Shown here one piece after another: positions 62,209-64,000 of a stretch of DNA of 64,000 nucleotides. The stretch's first letter is position 1; each line of letters starts with the position of its first letter. The DNA lies in contig MU057202.1 of the NCBI GenBank assembly GCA_013239625.1, forward strand, positions 2,803,101 to 2,867,100, written 5' to 3'. The position numbers were made by a program, and so were the translations under genes. A model generated the notes under the pieces. The model made no database searches and had not been told where the DNA came from. It saw nothing but the letters and a program-made list of their open reading frames with translations. This DNA is from Lama guanicoe (Eukaryota).

Positions 62209-62749
62209 GCACGCAGAGGCAGGCCACGAGCTTGGCGGCCTCCTCGGGCACCGGGCAGGTGGGGAAGAGCGGCTTGAGAAGGTAGGTGGCGAAGACGAGC
62301 GCCACGATGTACTGCGAGGAGGGCCGGATGATCAGCAGCTCGATCCAGAGCTTGAGGAAGGCGGGCAGCGAGCCGTACACCTCAAGCATGTAGGCGTAGT
62401 CGCCGCCCGACTTGGTGATGGTGGTGCCCAGCTCCGCGTAGCAGAGCGCGCCCACGATGGAGAAGACGCCGCACACGGCCCACACCACCAGCGCCAGCCC
62501 CGGCGAGCCCGCCTCCTTGAGCACGCCGGTCGGCGTCACGAAGATGCCCGAGCCGATGATGGTGCCCACGATGATGGCCACGCCGTTGAGCAGCGTGATG
62601 CTGCGCTGCAGGGTCACGCCCTCGCTCCCTGCGCCCTCCGCGCCCCCCGCGCCCCCCGCCGCCAGCATCCGCTCGCGTGCCTGCCGCTCCTCCTCCTCGG
62701 CCGCCGCGGGGGCCGCCGCCGCGCGCCGCTTCGGGCCCGAGCCCGCCAT
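62209..62749 (-). CDS. SLC7A5: SLC7A5/LAT1 coding exon 1 (541 nt, MAGSGPKRR...LVACLCV)
   Basis: Translation [30 protein letters not shown]...[19 protein letters not shown] matches LAT1, including the Cys (C165 here, human C164) that bonds to 4F2hc. ATG context GGCAGCATGG. Donor GTGAGT at 62208-62203. Confidence 0.98.
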
Positions 62750-62904
62750 GCTGCCGGGCCGGCCGGCGGGGCCGCGCTGGGCTGGGTCGGGGCCGGGGCC
62801 GGGCCGGGGGCTGGACACCCGGCGCGCGCCACCCACCGGAGAAGACCCGTCCCCACTACGCGGCCGACAGCCGCTGCGTCAGCCGGCGCGGCACCGCGCC
62901 GCCC

Positions 62905-62983
62905 TTTATAGGCCGCCGCCGGCCCCGCCCCGCCCTCAAGGCCCCGCCCCAAGGCCCCGCCCCGGGCCCGTCCCGCGCACGTG
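62905..62983 (-). promoter_or_regulatory. SLC7A5 core promoter: TATAAA (62910-62905), three GC boxes (~62923-62962), E-box CACGTG (62978-62983)
   Basis: Motifs read directly; TATA lies ~156 nt upstream of the ATG. A MYC-responsive proximal E-box is known for LAT1. Confidence 0.75.
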
Positions 62984-64000
62984 GAGCGCTGGGCGCCTCG
63001 CCCTCCCGGCTGGCTCCGGCGTTCCCCCCGCCCCTGTCCGCGGCGACCCGGAGCGCGCACGCGGGGACCCCGCTGCTCTTGGCGGAGTGGGCGCTGCCGC
63101 AGGGCCGGCCTGCAGCACGGGATGGGCGGGTTTTGGGTGCCTTTGGGGCTCAGAGGAGGCCTGCCTGCCCCCTAGAGGGAGCCCACTGTGCTGCCGGCTT
63201 CTGTCCCAGAGGTGTTAGGATCCCGCGCCGTCTGCTCACCCCGGGGGACCTCGGAGGTATGAAGTGATCAGAACCCCTCCTGGGGGAAGCCCAAGGTCCA
63301 GGGAGGGCCTGGGGTGCTGAATCTCAGGGCTGAGTGAGCGGGAGCTCAGAGAAGAGAAGAAGAGGGAAGTGCTGAGGCCACATCTGAGCTCCTTCCTACG
63401 CTCCGAAGTCCCCACTTTACCCCAAGGGGCGCCTCCTTGTCCAAGAGCAGCATTCAGGGGCACACAACTTTGAGAAGCAGCGACACAGGTTCTGGGAAAC
63501 CAAGAAATCTGCAGAAGCTCAGTTACATTAACAGAATTGCCCCCCCCAGGGGGGTCCCTGAAGGAGCACCATGAGAACCCCTGACCCCAAATCTACCCCG
63601 AAAATCCAAAGGCAAGCTGCTGAGGGGAAGGAGTTTTTGACGTGTTCTGGAAGAGCTCCTAGGAAGGGCAGCCAGGACACCAGTGGTCAGAATCAGAGGA
63701 GGAAATGCACTGCAACCAGGCATCCTGGGCCTGGAAACAGGAAGGACTCAGACATGCTTGTGGACGAAACTGGCAGCTGAACAGGGGAAGAATCTCGAAT
63801 CCCATCTCAAGGGGAGCTTAGCCAAGGCATGCCATTTGGACCTTCCTCATCAACCCACCCCCGCCCCCAACGTGCCAGCCCTTCACGGCAGTGTGCCAGC
63901 CAAACAAAATCTCGGCAGCCCAAAGGCCCCACAACACAAATATTAGCTTGCAAGATGTCTAAGTTGGTGGCTTAGGGGGAATCAAAACCAACCCCTCCAC

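Larger units (their letters stand above)
62090..63130. promoter_or_regulatory. CpG island over the SLC7A5 promoter and exon 1
   Basis: Very high GC and CpG density by inspection. Confidence 0.9.

Noticed and set aside
62209-62749. Possibility that this is an SLC7A5 pseudogene or a paralogue (SLC7A8, SLC7A6)
   Set aside because: All 10 exons are present with intact frame and splice sites, and both termini ([16 protein letters not shown]) are LAT1-specific.
62750-62836. In-frame upstream GTG giving a 29-aa N-terminal extension of LAT1
   Set aside because: Weak context (C at -3); absence of stops is trivial in a GC-rich UTR; would need ribosome profiling.
62457-63267. 253-aa and 196-aa ORFs antisense to exon 1 and the promoter
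   Set aside because: Shadow ORFs of a CpG island and a GC3-rich coding exon.

Overview
Mammalian genomic DNA, GC-rich and probably camelid (inferred from an L1 3' end and a tRNA-derived SINE of camelid type). The only protein-coding gene I can support is SLC7A5 (LAT1, large neutral amino-acid transporter light chain) on the minus strand. It has 10 coding exons from ATG 62749 to TAA 34917, 1527 nt = 508 aa, all introns GT-AG with consistent phases. It has a CpG-island promoter with TATA, GC-box and E-box motifs, and a ~2.8 kb 3'UTR. Positions 1 to ~32000 are downstream intergenic DNA full of decayed MLT/ERV LTRs, L1 fragments and hAT elements, with two N gaps. Nearly all ORFs in the supplied track are GC-driven noise. 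I found no new multi-gene system. The most unusual items are: (1) a minisatellite made of tandem copies of the exon-8 5' splice site; (2) absence of the N-terminal lysines used for ubiquitination in human LAT1; (3) a ~285-bp direct repeat pair bracketing exons 2-10 with a near-identical core; (4) a three-level nested transposon with intact target-site duplications; (5) clusters of ATF4 and NRF2/MAF motifs; (6) strong AT-to-GC drift of old repeats. Repeat family names and boundaries come from recalled consensus similarity and are approximate.
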